64,000 nt of DNA, from positions 30,684-94,683 of the forward strand of contig LCDA01000001.1 of NCBI GenBank assembly GCA_000998275.1. Direction: 5' to 3'. The notes under the pieces were generated by a model that was given only the letters and a program-made list of their open reading frames with translations, had not been told where the DNA came from and did no database searches. Positions within the stretch are counted from its first letter, which is position 1. Every line of letters begins with the position of its first letter. The position numbers were made by a program, and so were the translations under genes. Of the stretch, positions 9,716-18,784 are shown piece after piece. The DNA is from Candidatus Collierbacteria bacterium GW2011_GWA2_42_17 (GTDB lineage Bacteria; Patescibacteriota; Microgenomatia; UBA1400; MFAQ01).

Positions 9716-10867
9716 TTAGGGAATTAGAGGTCGATTCGCCAAGTTGTCTTTGTTAGCTATTTGATCGAGGATTTCCCATCTTTCTTTTTTTACTTTGGCC
9801 GGAACATCGTCGGGGTAGAGTTTGAAGGAAGCGGTTCCTGGGCGAGGAGAATATCTGGCAACAAAGGCGACCTTAAACCCGACTTTCCTGACCAGATCCA
9901 AAGTATCCTGAAAATCCGCATCGGTTTCACCGGGAAAGCCAACAATGATGTCCGTACCAAAAACTGCTTCGGGAACTTTTGCCCTAATTCTTTCAACCAG
10001 GGATAGATATGACTCTCTGGTATATCCCCGATTCATTAGTTTTAGAACTCGGTTGCTTCCGGATTGAACCGGAAGATGAATAAAGCGATCAATTTTGGGA
10101 TTAGCGGCGATTTCCTCAATCAACTCGTCCCAAAAATCCCAAGGATTACTGGTGAAAAAGGTAATTTTTTCGACTCCTGAAATTTGACTAATTTTTTGGA
10201 GTAGTAAAACAAAGGGGGGTGTGGTTGTTGGTTTTTGATACTGAGACTCGTTACTGGGAATAGAACTCGCTGAAAAATTTTCTTTATCCATATAAAGTTT
10301 GCGAAGATTTATCCCTGATTTTTCCAAACCATATGAGTTGACGTTTTGACCCAGGAGATTGATGGTTTTGTAACCTTCTTTAGCGAGACTCTCTACCTCT
10401 TTGAGAATGTCATCCATGGAGCGTGATCTTTCTCTACCTCTGGAAAACGGAACAATACAGTAAGTGCAGAACGAGTTGCAACCGGTAGAAATTGGGACCC
10501 AAGCGTTGTCTTTATCTTTCCTAATGGCTTTTTGATTGAAACCAACTTCGGCTATGGGAAGAATTTCGTCTACTTCCGGAAGAAGATCTCTGATTTCTTT
10601 TTCATTGAAGTGAAGCATGCAACCGGTGAGAATTACTTTGGGTTTGGGTTTGCCGGTTTCGTTAATGTATTTCGTCAAATTAAGGAGAAAGCCACGAACC
10701 CTGTCTTCGGCCGACTGACGGACAGAACAAGTGTTGAGAACAATTTCATCCGCCTCTTTCCACTCAAGAGTCTCTTGATAACCTCTGGAGGAGTAATCAC
10801 CAAGGATTCTTTCGGAGTCGGATTTGTTTGCCTGACAACCGAAAGTTTTGATGAAAACGGACGGCAT
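9716..10867 (-). CDS. miaB: MiaB-type radical SAM methylthiotransferase (no TRAM domain)
   Basis: TFGCQAN, NTCSVR, CNSFCTYC, DIIVGFPGET, YSPRPGT; adjacent to miaA; ATG overlaps HU stop (TAATG). Confidence 0.85.
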   Translation of the reverse strand: MPSVFIKTFGCQANKSDSERILGDYSSRGYQETLEWKEADEIVLNTCSVRQSAEDRVRGFLLNLTKYINETGKPKPKVILTGCMLHFNEKEIRDLLPEVDEILPIAEVGFNQKAIRKDKDNAWVPISTGCNSFCTYCIVPFSRGRERSRSMDDILKEVESLAKEGYKTINLLGQNVNSYGLEKSGINLRKLYMDKENFSASSIPSNESQYQKPTTTPPFVLLLQKISQISGVEKITFFTSNPWDFWDELIEEIAANPKIDRFIHLPVQSGSNRVLKLMNRGYTRESYLSLVERIRAKVPEAVFGTDIIVGFPGETDADFQDTLDLVRKVGFKVAFVARYSPRPGTASFKLYPDDVPAKVKKERWEILDQIANKDNLANRPLIP

Positions 10868-11142
10868 TACCAAACCTTCTTTTTTAATGGCTTACCGACA
10901 TGAAAATTGATGACTTTGTGACCTTTGACGACCTGTCTTTTACCTTCATTACCAAAAGGAACAACTTGTTTGTCATCAACTTTTCCTACATAAAAAGTAC
11001 CGAAACCGGAAATGACTACTTTTTCTCCTTTGCCGAGTGCAACAATAGATTCTTCGAAAAATGTATCAACAGTTTCTTTAACTGCCTTCTTGGTCAAGTG
11101 TACCTTTTTGGACACTATGCCGATGAGTGTTTGTTTGGTCAT
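10867..11142 (-). CDS. HU/IHF-family DNA-binding protein
   Basis: MTKQTLI...GEKVVISGFGTF...F.VGKPLK. Confidence 0.85.
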   Translation of the reverse strand: MTKQTLIGIVSKKVHLTKKAVKETVDTFFEESIVALGKGEKVVISGFGTFYVGKVDDKQVVPFGNEGKRQVVKGHKVINFHVGKPLKKKVW

Positions 11143-11228
11143 ATTTTTTCACCCCCTTAAGGTGATTGGGCAGCAAAGTATTAATTAATTTAGCTGATGT
11201 TACCACCAAAAGAACGGTTTATGCAAGT

Positions 11229-12791
11229 CTAACTTGCAATTTCAGCAGCTCGAGTTTCGCGAATAACGTTGACCTTGACGGTTCCGGGAAAGGTCATGGT
11301 TGAACGAATCTCGTCGCGAATGGCTTGAGCCAGAATTGACAACTGATCATCACCGGCTTTGCCGGGGTTAACGATGACACGGATTTCACGACCGGCTGAG
11401 ATAGCATAAGCATCTTCAACTTCAGGATGTTTTTTAGCAATTTCTTCAAGTTGTTTAATTCTTTTACCGTATTCTTCGGTGTTTTCATGGCGGGCGCCGG
11501 GACGACTACCAGAGATAGCATCCGAGATATAAACAAGCATGGACTCAACGGAGCTGAATTCCTCGTCCTCGTGATGTTGAGCGACACAGTCTATGGCTGC
11601 TTGAGGAAGGTTGTATTTTTTAAGATAATTGACGCCTAACTCAACATGATTTCCTTCTCCTTCAATAACCTTACCAATATCGTGAAGAAGACAGCCAAGA
11701 CGAATAGTGTCGATGTTGGCTCCTACTTCGTTTCCGAGTTTGATACCGATTCTGGTTTCTTCGAGAGTGTGGCTAATCATGTTCTGGCCATAGGAAGTGC
11801 GGAATTTAAAACGGCCCAGGACAGCAATGACGTCACGGGGCATGTTGTAAACACCGACGGCGTGACAAAGTTTCTGACCTTCCTGGAACATTAGTTGTTC
11901 AACGTCGCGACGAGCTCTGTCAAAATACTCTTCAATGCGAGCGGGGTGAATGCGACCGTCTTTAATTAAACGAATTAGAGTTACACGGGCGATTTCACGC
12001 CTTATCGGATCAAAACTACTAAGTTTTACCTCGTCAGGAGCGTCATCCATGGAAACATCACAGCCCGAGACTTTTTCGAAAATACGAATATTTCGTCCGT
12101 CCTTGCCGATAATACGACCCTTGGTTTCTTCATCCGGGATGGGAACGGTAGAAATAGTGTACTCGGCTACATAGTCGGTAGCCCCGGCGCGCATGGAGTC
12201 AACAAGTATTTCCCTGGCGACATCTTCGGCTTCGATTTTGGCTTTTTCTTCAGTTTCTTTGATAATTCTGGCAATTTCTTGCGAAGAACCCTTTTCTACT
12301 TGAGCCAGTAGTTCTTTTTTAGCCTGTTCCGTAGTTAGAGAAGCAATCTTTTCCAGTTTTTTGGCCATGGCAGTTTCCTCTTCGGCGATTTTGGCTTTCA
12401 TCTCTTCAGCTTGCTTTTGCTGTGCCTCTAGTGTAAGTTTTTCTTTTCTGACCTGATCTTCTAGAGTTTGCAGACCTTGCTGTTTTTGAGCTAGGGCTTT
12501 GACTCTAATTTCGATATCTTCAAGCTGAATTCGAGTGTCTTTGAGAGCTTGATCTTTGAGTTTGAAGGCTTCGTCTTTGGCGGCAAGAATGATCTCTCTG
12601 GCCTGGTTTTGGGCTTGGGCTTGAGCCTGGGCAATAATGGCGGCAGTGTCGACCGAAGGAGTGGCGACTTTGGGCTCGTCTTTTTTAAGAGCAACTGTCT
12701 CTGAAGGGGTAGTTTTTGGAGTAGATGTAGATGAAGAAGGGGTCGAGGAGGCCTTAAAAAGATTGGTTTTAAAAATTGATAGTAATGACAT
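11229..12791 (-). CDS. rny: Ribonuclease Y
   Basis: Coiled coil, KH domain KGRIIGKDGRNIR, RTSYGQN, LHDIGK, DAISGSRPGAR. Confidence 0.95.
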   Translation of the reverse strand: MSLLSIFKTNLFKASSTPSSSTSTPKTTPSETVALKKDEPKVATPSVDTAAIIAQAQAQAQNQAREIILAAKDEAFKLKDQALKDTRIQLEDIEIRVKALAQKQQGLQTLEDQVRKEKLTLEAQQKQAEEMKAKIAEEETAMAKKLEKIASLTTEQAKKELLAQVEKGSSQEIARIIKETEEKAKIEAEDVAREILVDSMRAGATDYVAEYTISTVPIPDEETKGRIIGKDGRNIRIFEKVSGCDVSMDDAPDEVKLSSFDPIRREIARVTLIRLIKDGRIHPARIEEYFDRARRDVEQLMFQEGQKLCHAVGVYNMPRDVIAVLGRFKFRTSYGQNMISHTLEETRIGIKLGNEVGANIDTIRLGCLLHDIGKVIEGEGNHVELGVNYLKKYNLPQAAIDCVAQHHEDEEFSSVESMLVYISDAISGSRPGARHENTEEYGKRIKQLEEIAKKHPEVEDAYAISAGREIRVIVNPGKAGDDQLSILAQAIRDEIRSTMTFPGTVKVNVIRETRAAEIAS

Positions 12792-12944
12792 CGGTTTATA
12801 AAAAATATTAAACCTAGTCTAAGAGAAACCCAGGGAAACCACGCAAACTCAGCCGCGGAGCGACTGAGTTATATTTAGATTGGTGTTGCTTATATCGAAC
12901 ATTGCGTAATTTTAAGAGTGACTTCTTAGATTAGTAACCATATT

Positions 12945-13421
12945 TTAGTCTTCAATGTACTCTGAGTCAAATAGTTTATTTATGGCGGAGGAACTGAAAC
13001 CTCGGGCATAGAGCTTGGAGGTAATCTTGTACTTGTCTAGTTTTGGGTATTTGAGGGTATATTTTTTGATGGCTGCGACTTGTTTGGCGATACTTGCTTC
13101 TTCCAAGGCGAGCTCAATTACTTCCCTATTTAGCTTCATTCTGCCTAGTTTGAGACTAATTATTCTGGGGCCGTAACACTTGTCCAGCTGACGTCTAGCA
13201 AAAGCCTGGGCAAGATAGGGATCATCGAGGTAGCCGCTCTTTTTTAGATCTTTTAGGATGTCTGTAATTACCTTCGATGCATTTTCAAACTTGAGCTTTT
13301 TGGATCTTAAAACAAGTTTTTGACGAATTGTTTCCTCAAAATATGGTCTTCGGCTAAGACAAAAGGCCGCGTATTTTATAAGACTAGCTCTGATCTCACT
13401 TGGTGATAGTTGCTCCGGCAT
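12945..13421 (-). CDS. recX: Regulatory protein RecX
   Basis: LSRRP, GYLDD..A.AF, YGPRII..KL, LYARGF; downstream of recA; start uncertain. Confidence 0.85.
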   Translation of the reverse strand: MPEQLSPSEIRASLIKYAAFCLSRRPYFEETIRQKLVLRSKKLKFENASKVITDILKDLKKSGYLDDPYLAQAFARRQLDKCYGPRIISLKLGRMKLNREVIELALEEASIAKQVAAIKKYTLKYPKLDKYKITSKLYARGFSSSAINKLFDSEYIED

Positions 13422-14451
13422 TGACTTTGGCAACGACTTCTTTCTTGATTTTTTCAATCATTTCCGGTTTTTCGGCAAGAATGGCTTTAGCAGCCTCTCT
13501 TCCTTGGGCAATGGTTTCGCCGTTGTATTTTAGGAAAGCACCAGCTTTTTCGATAATTTCGTAAGCGATGGCGGTGTCCAGGAGATCACCCAACTTACTG
13601 ATACCACCGATATTAAGAATATCGAACTCGGCTGACCTGAAAGGGGAAGCTACTTTGTTTTTGACGATTTTGGCACGATGACGGGAGCCAACAATTTCTT
13701 CACCTTCTTGGATATTGCCAATTTTGCGCATGTCGATACGAATCGAAGCATAAAATTTGAGAGCTTTTCCTCCGGTGGTCACTTCTGGATTACCGAACAT
13801 GACGCCGATTTTGTCGCGAAGTTGATTGGTAAAAATGACGATACACTTACTCTTGGAAATGGCGCCGGTAATCTTTCTTAGAGCTTGACTCATGAGTCTG
13901 GCCTGCATACCCATGGAAGCGTCCCCCATTTCGCCTTCAATTTCGGCTTTGGGAACAAGGGCGGCGACAGAGTCGATGACGACAACATCAACACCACCTG
14001 AACGAATGAGGGTTTCGGCAATTTCAAGAGCCTGTTCGCCATTGTCCGGCTGGGAAAGTAAGAGGCTGTCCAGATCAACCCCAATGGACTTGGCTCTGGT
14101 AGGATCGACAGCGTGTTCGGCATCGATGAAGGCGGCTACTCCGCCCGCCTTTTGGGCTTCGGAAATAACGTGGAGAGCGAGCGTGGTTTTACCTGAGGCT
14201 TCTGGACCGTAGATTTCGATAATTCTTCCTTTAGGAAAGCCACCTACACCGAGAGCAAGATCGAGACTGATTGAACCAGAAGAAATGACTGGGATTTTTT
14301 CATTGATTTTGTCTGACCCCATGCGCATGATGGCGCCCTCACCATATTGCTTGGTGATTTGCTGCATAGCAATCTTGACAGCGGTTAGACGATCGTCATT
14401 GTTACTTACTTGGACAACTTTGGCTTTCTCTTCTTTTGCTTTTTTGGGCAT
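13396..14451 (-). CDS. recA: Recombinase RecA
   Basis: [44 protein letters not shown]. Confidence 0.99.
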   Translation of the reverse strand: MPKKAKEEKAKVVQVSNNDDRLTAVKIAMQQITKQYGEGAIMRMGSDKINEKIPVISSGSISLDLALGVGGFPKGRIIEIYGPEASGKTTLALHVISEAQKAGGVAAFIDAEHAVDPTRAKSIGVDLDSLLLSQPDNGEQALEIAETLIRSGGVDVVVIDSVAALVPKAEIEGEMGDASMGMQARLMSQALRKITGAISKSKCIVIFTNQLRDKIGVMFGNPEVTTGGKALKFYASIRIDMRKIGNIQEGEEIVGSRHRAKIVKNKVASPFRSAEFDILNIGGISKLGDLLDTAIAYEIIEKAGAFLKYNGETIAQGREAAKAILAEKPEMIEKIKKEVVAKVNAGATITK

Positions 14452-14482
14452 AAACTTTCGGGTTTTTTACTAATCTAAATCC

Positions 14483-14510
14483 ATTATAGATATCTTGTGT
14501 TTTTTTGCAA
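14483..14510 (-). promoter_or_regulatory. Putative recA sigma70 promoter
   Basis: TTGCAA-16nt-TATAAT on the minus strand. Confidence 0.55.
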
Positions 14511-14774
14511 GATGTTTAATTTATTTTGAAGGCGATTGTGCGGAAATAGATCACTCAGAAATAGACTTATTAGGCACAGTTTATATTCTTTGGCTTTTTG
14601 GAGTTTTGTTTTCATCAGACTGTCATAGTTTTTAAGTTGGCCACAAAGTCCAAACAATTCAATCCCATGAACGGTCGAATTTATTATGACAAAAATTACA
14701 TTCTACCTTAATAAAACTCATGATTTATTTAACCAAATTTTACCCGAAACATCAAGAGTGAAAACTGTTCTTTA

Positions 14775-14783
14775 TGTTATAAT
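14775..14783 (+). promoter_or_regulatory. Extended -10 promoter of tRNA-Pro
   Basis: TGTTATAAT 10 nt upstream of the tRNA. Confidence 0.65.
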
Positions 14784-14793
14784 TCAGTCCGTT

Positions 14794-14864
14794 CGGGGTA
14801 TAGTATAACGGTAGTATCTACGGCTGGGGGTCGTAGGGCCTGAGATCGTCACTCAGTACCCCGA
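14794..14864 (+). tRNA. tRNA-Pro(GGG), CCA not encoded
   Basis: Acceptor CGGGGTA/TACCCCG, D-stem GTAT/GTAT, anticodon arm TACGG-CTGGGGG-TCGTA, T-stem CTGAG/CTCAG, C1:G72 and A73 Pro identity elements. Confidence 0.92.
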
Positions 14865-15187
14865 CTAAAAGTGAATCGTGTTCCCTGTTGGTATACTCAG
14901 TGACATGAATCGTTTTTTTGAAAAAGTATTTGTATTTAAGTTTGTTTTTGTTGTCCGGGAAAAACGTATTTTAAATTCTGGCTATGCCGAAGGGGTGTTT
15001 AGTCTCAATGGCGGTGTTTATTTAAACTTGGTTACCTGTGATGGGGTTTGGGATTTGAATAAAAAAAGTTATAACAAACGTCTGGTGGTTTTTACTGAAG
15101 GATTACGAATGTAACCAGAGGATTTGCACTTCTGGTTTAATATTTTGCCTCTGGTAATTTAGATTTATGATGATATATTTTCTTTAA

Positions 15188-15568
15188 ATGAATAAGGAAG
15201 TTGAATACTACCCTCCGTGTGAAGCTCCGGTTCATAACGGGTCATGTGATGGCGTTGGTAATACGATAGATCACTTTACTCCAAGATGTATTGGGAAACT
15301 CTGGGGGTGGAGTAATGAACAAATAAATGCGGAGGAAAATATTCAACATCTTTCCGAACCGTGCCATAGAGACAAGGACAGAACAACTGAGGCAAGACTT
15401 CTTTTAGCAAGAAAACAGTTAAAGGGCGTGTACATTAGTCTGGAGTATTATCTGACGGTGGAAGATCCAAATTTTATTCATAACGAAAAACCTCGGAAAG
15501 CAAAAAAGGAAAGACGTCGAAAGCAACGCAGAAATACCCTGAGACCCAGAGGAAAAAAGAGTTATTGA
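15188..15568 (+). CDS. HNH endonuclease-like protein
   Basis: C..PVH...C....TIDHFTP...ENIQHLSEPCHRDK; basic C-terminal tail. Confidence 0.65.
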   Translation: MNKEVEYYPPCEAPVHNGSCDGVGNTIDHFTPRCIGKLWGWSNEQINAEENIQHLSEPCHRDKDRTTEARLLLARKQLKGVYISLEYYLTVEDPNFIHNEKPRKAKKERRRKQRRNTLRPRGKKSY

Positions 15569-15579
15569 ACAATATTGAT

Positions 15580-16743
15580 TTAGGCCTCGGTTTTTTCCGG
15601 AAGCATTGAGACGAGAGAGGCACCAAGTCCCATGCAGAAGGATGCAAAAGCGATTATCCAGCCAATAACCGGAATAATGGAGACAAGTCCGAGCAGGATT
15701 ACTCCTAAAAACATTTGAGAATAAAGAGAGGTCTTTGTTTTTTGAAGAATCTTTTCAAAAAAGAGTTTTCCGTATATGGCCGAGGGGTAGAGTGAAGCGG
15801 TAATCAGAGCAATAATGTAAACAAACATAACAATAAAGGCGAGGGGTATACCGACAACCGTAGCCAGAATAATAATGAAGGCTAAGGGCGCAGTGATTAA
15901 GACCGCCAAACCAATAAATCCGGTGACCAAAGGTTTGTTGATAATTGAGGAAATTTTTCTTTTGGTGTTTTTTCTGTCGAAATAAACAATGGCTAAACCA
16001 AGAAGACCAAAGGAGAGGATTCCAAATATGGTTTTAAGAATAATGGCTGTGCTGGTGAGGCCGGCCATTTGTCTGTCTAGTGCCGGCTTTGAGGGAGCAA
16101 CAATATCGTGTCTTAGTATATTTCCTTTGACATTTTTCTCGTCGATTGAAGCCGTGGCTGTTTTTTCCATATAGTAGTCAAGGTTGCCACCAATTTTTCC
16201 CGTTTCGATTATGGATAGATTTGTTCCTGTGACGACGGCATTTCTTAAAAGGGACCCGGTAAGGGTGATTGATTCACCGGCTCCAGCCAGATCACGTCCT
16301 ATCACACCCCCGAGTTCGACATTCTGAACTCCAAAAAATACATCGCCTTTTATTTGTGACTTTGGACCAAGAACCAGTTGTTGCGAGGCAACTGAAAGAT
16401 TCCTGGTGACTTGGCCAAAAATTTCGATGGTCTGACCTGCGGCGCGAATATTGCCATCAACGGTGCCGTTGACTTTGATATTTTGACCAACACAGATGAC
16501 ATCACCTTTGATATTCCCGTTAATCACAATACTTTGGCCGGCACAAAAAAGATCGCCGTTGATGTTTGAATTAATGGTAAGGGAAGAACCAGAAATAGCG
16601 GCCGTTTCGTTAATTATTTTTTCTTTGGGTATTACGAGGCTGTCTCCGGTTTGAAAAAAGATGGCGTCGGAGGGAGAAGCAAAAACAGAAATGAATAAAA
16701 ATGCAGGAATTAACAGGGAAAAGAGTTGGGTAATTTTGTTCAT
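15580..16743 (-). CDS. Bactofilin-like beta-helix repeat membrane protein
   Basis: Signal peptide, repeated INGNIKGDV..VGQ.I units, about five C-terminal TMs. Confidence 0.75.
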   Translation of the reverse strand: MNKITQLFSLLIPAFLFISVFASPSDAIFFQTGDSLVIPKEKIINETAAISGSSLTINSNINGDLFCAGQSIVINGNIKGDVICVGQNIKVNGTVDGNIRAAGQTIEIFGQVTRNLSVASQQLVLGPKSQIKGDVFFGVQNVELGGVIGRDLAGAGESITLTGSLLRNAVVTGTNLSIIETGKIGGNLDYYMEKTATASIDEKNVKGNILRHDIVAPSKPALDRQMAGLTSTAIILKTIFGILSFGLLGLAIVYFDRKNTKRKISSIINKPLVTGFIGLAVLITAPLAFIIILATVVGIPLAFIVMFVYIIALITASLYPSAIYGKLFFEKILQKTKTSLYSQMFLGVILLGLVSIIPVIGWIIAFASFCMGLGASLVSMLPEKTEA

Positions 16744-16800
16744 GCTGATTAATCTATAGAGGGGAATAAGAAGGTTGTCAAGTTGGGGTAGAATTACATA

Positions 16801-17742
16801 ATGAAAATACTGGTAACCGGAGGGGCGGGATTTATTGGTTCACATCTATGCAAAAGGCTTGTTGATGAAGGTAACGAGGTGATATGTGTGGATAATTTTT
16901 ATACCGGAAGAAAAAAGAATATTGAGAAACTCTTGGAGTCGGATAAATTTTCAGTAATGGAACACGATATTATAAATCCCTTAGAAATTACCGGATTAGA
17001 TAGAATTTATAACTTAGCTTGTCCAGCTTCCCCTCCGGCATACCAAAAAGACCCCGTTTTTACCTGGAAAACTTCCGTGATCGGAGTGATGAATATGCTT
17101 GATCTGGCCAGAAAAAATAACAACTGCCGAGTGTTGCAAACATCGACATCAGAAGTCTACGGAGACCCCCTAGAACACCCTCAGAAAGAGAGTTATTGGG
17201 GCAACGTAAACCCGATTGGAATTCGATCTTGTTATGACGAAGGAAAGAGAGCATCAGAGACGTTAATTGTTGATTATTTTCGAAAGTTTGATCTTCCCGT
17301 AAGAATAATCAGAATTTTTAATACCTACGGTTCAAACATGGATCCAAATGACGGTCGGGTAGTTTCAAACTTTATTGTGCAAGCACTTTCCAATCAGGAT
17401 ATTACTATCTACGGAGATGGGTCACAAACAAGAAGTTTTCAATACGTGGATGATCTAATTGATGGCATGTTGAAAATGATGGAAAACAATCTTGGATTTA
17501 TCGGACCGGTAAATATCGGAAATCCTGGGGAGTTTACGATTAAAGAGTTGGCAGAAATTGTTTTAAAAATGATTCTCGAGTCAAAAAGCAAGATTGTTTT
17601 TAAGGATATTCCCAAAGATGATCCAAAGATTCGGAAACCGGATATTACTTTGGCGAAAGAGAAACTATCCTGGGAACCCTTGATCTCTCTGGAAAAAGGA
17701 CTTGTTCAGACAATTGCTTATTTCAGATCCGAAGTGGAGTAA
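16801..17742 (+). CDS. UDP-glucuronate decarboxylase (NAD-dependent SDR)
   Basis: [44 protein letters not shown]. Confidence 0.92.
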   Translation: MKILVTGGAGFIGSHLCKRLVDEGNEVICVDNFYTGRKKNIEKLLESDKFSVMEHDIINPLEITGLDRIYNLACPASPPAYQKDPVFTWKTSVIGVMNMLDLARKNNNCRVLQTSTSEVYGDPLEHPQKESYWGNVNPIGIRSCYDEGKRASETLIVDYFRKFDLPVRIIRIFNTYGSNMDPNDGRVVSNFIVQALSNQDITIYGDGSQTRSFQYVDDLIDGMLKMMENNLGFIGPVNIGNPGEFTIKELAEIVLKMILESKSKIVFKDIPKDDPKIRKPDITLAKEKLSWEPLISLEKGLVQTIAYFRSEVE

Positions 17743-18659
17743 AAATTGGGTTGGCCGTAGTCAAAGATTTTTACAGGGAAAACCTCTTTTTTCATCAGTT
17801 TGCCATCTTGATAAGTAACCCTTAAGATTTCACCGAGACGCGTTTCTTCCGACCACATTTGATCAAAAACAAGATTGCCTAGGGAGTAGTAGATGGGTTT
17901 ACCAAGATAAATTTCTTCGGTTTGGATCCAGTGAGGATGATGTCCGACTACGATATCGGCACCGGAATCAATAGCCAGATGGGCAAGAAACACTTGTCTT
18001 GGGGTTGGATATCTTCGATACTCTGCTCCCCAGTGAAAAGTGGTAATGACCAAGTCGGCAGATTTCGAAGCGGCGAAAATTTGTTTCTCAACTTCTTTTT
18101 CATCTATTTGCGGAAGATCGGAAAAGGATAGTACCGCAAGACTGGTGTTTTTTACCGTACTAAATTCTGCTTTTCCGAGACCCACTGGGGTAATACCGTT
18201 TGTTTCCAAAATCGAGATCGTTTCAGCTTTCCCCTCTTGCCCTTGATTGTTAATGTGATTGTTGGCAAGCGAAGCCATATCCACTCCAGCAGTTACCAAG
18301 CCAAAGACATTTTTAGGGTCGGCACAAAATATCATTCCGGTATCCGTCGAACGGCAACCAGTGATAAAGGGAGATTCCAGGTTGATAATAGTTAGATCTC
18401 CGGTAGACAAAAGAGAAGAAATATTTTTGAATGGCCAGGTGGGGTCAGTATATTTTTGAATTCGAGTATTGACGGACCGGCCTAACATAACATCGCCGGT
18501 AAAAACAATAGTAAGAGGTGAAGAAGACTTGGGAAAAATTAATTCTGGAAGCCGACTGGAAATTGAACCCGAAGAGGGGTTTTGCCGAGCAAGAGTAAGG
18601 TTGATGCCGGCAAACAAACCGAGAACGAAGATTACAATGATTTCCGCCTTACGTCTCAT
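17718..18659 (-). CDS. CapA/PgsA-family metallophosphatase-fold protein
   Basis: [38 protein letters not shown]. Confidence 0.9.
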   Translation of the reverse strand: MRRKAEIIVIFVLGLFAGINLTLARQNPSSGSISSRLPELIFPKSSSPLTIVFTGDVMLGRSVNTRIQKYTDPTWPFKNISSLLSTGDLTIINLESPFITGCRSTDTGMIFCADPKNVFGLVTAGVDMASLANNHINNQGQEGKAETISILETNGITPVGLGKAEFSTVKNTSLAVLSFSDLPQIDEKEVEKQIFAASKSADLVITTFHWGAEYRRYPTPRQVFLAHLAIDSGADIVVGHHPHWIQTEEIYLGKPIYYSLGNLVFDQMWSEETRLGEILRVTYQDGKLMKKEVFPVKIFDYGQPNFYSTSDLK

Positions 18660-18718
18660 CTTGTCTGATTTTATACGCTAATGATAATATTTTCAGGTTG
18701 TTTGACAGTCCTATAACG

Positions 18719-18747
18719 TTGACACACCCGTCTTTTTGCGGTAGAAT
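18719..18747 (+). promoter_or_regulatory. Near-consensus sigma70 promoter
   Basis: TTGACA-17nt-TAGAAT. Confidence 0.75.
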
Positions 18748-18784
18748 GCGCTATCTTAGAAAATTAAAATTCAAAGGAGTTGCG

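Noticed and set aside
14486-14760. Short GAAATAGA direct repeat and an approximately 43-aa minus-strand ORF upstream of recA
   Set aside because: Too short to distinguish from chance; the ORF runs over the recA promoter
14894-14901. ACTCAGT echo of the tRNA 3' end as a possible att site
   Set aside because: Only 7 nt match and no integrase is nearby
14878-15114. 78-aa GTG-start ORF after the tRNA
   Set aside because: AT-rich, no initiation signals or recognisable motif; probably spurious
16150-16620. Repetitive sequence in the beta-helix protein gene
   Set aside because: Protein-level repeats only; no identical DNA repeats or spacers, so not CRISPR
18698-18784. Upstream TTG start for the lipoprotein
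   Set aside because: Promoter, SD and signal peptide all point to ATG 18785
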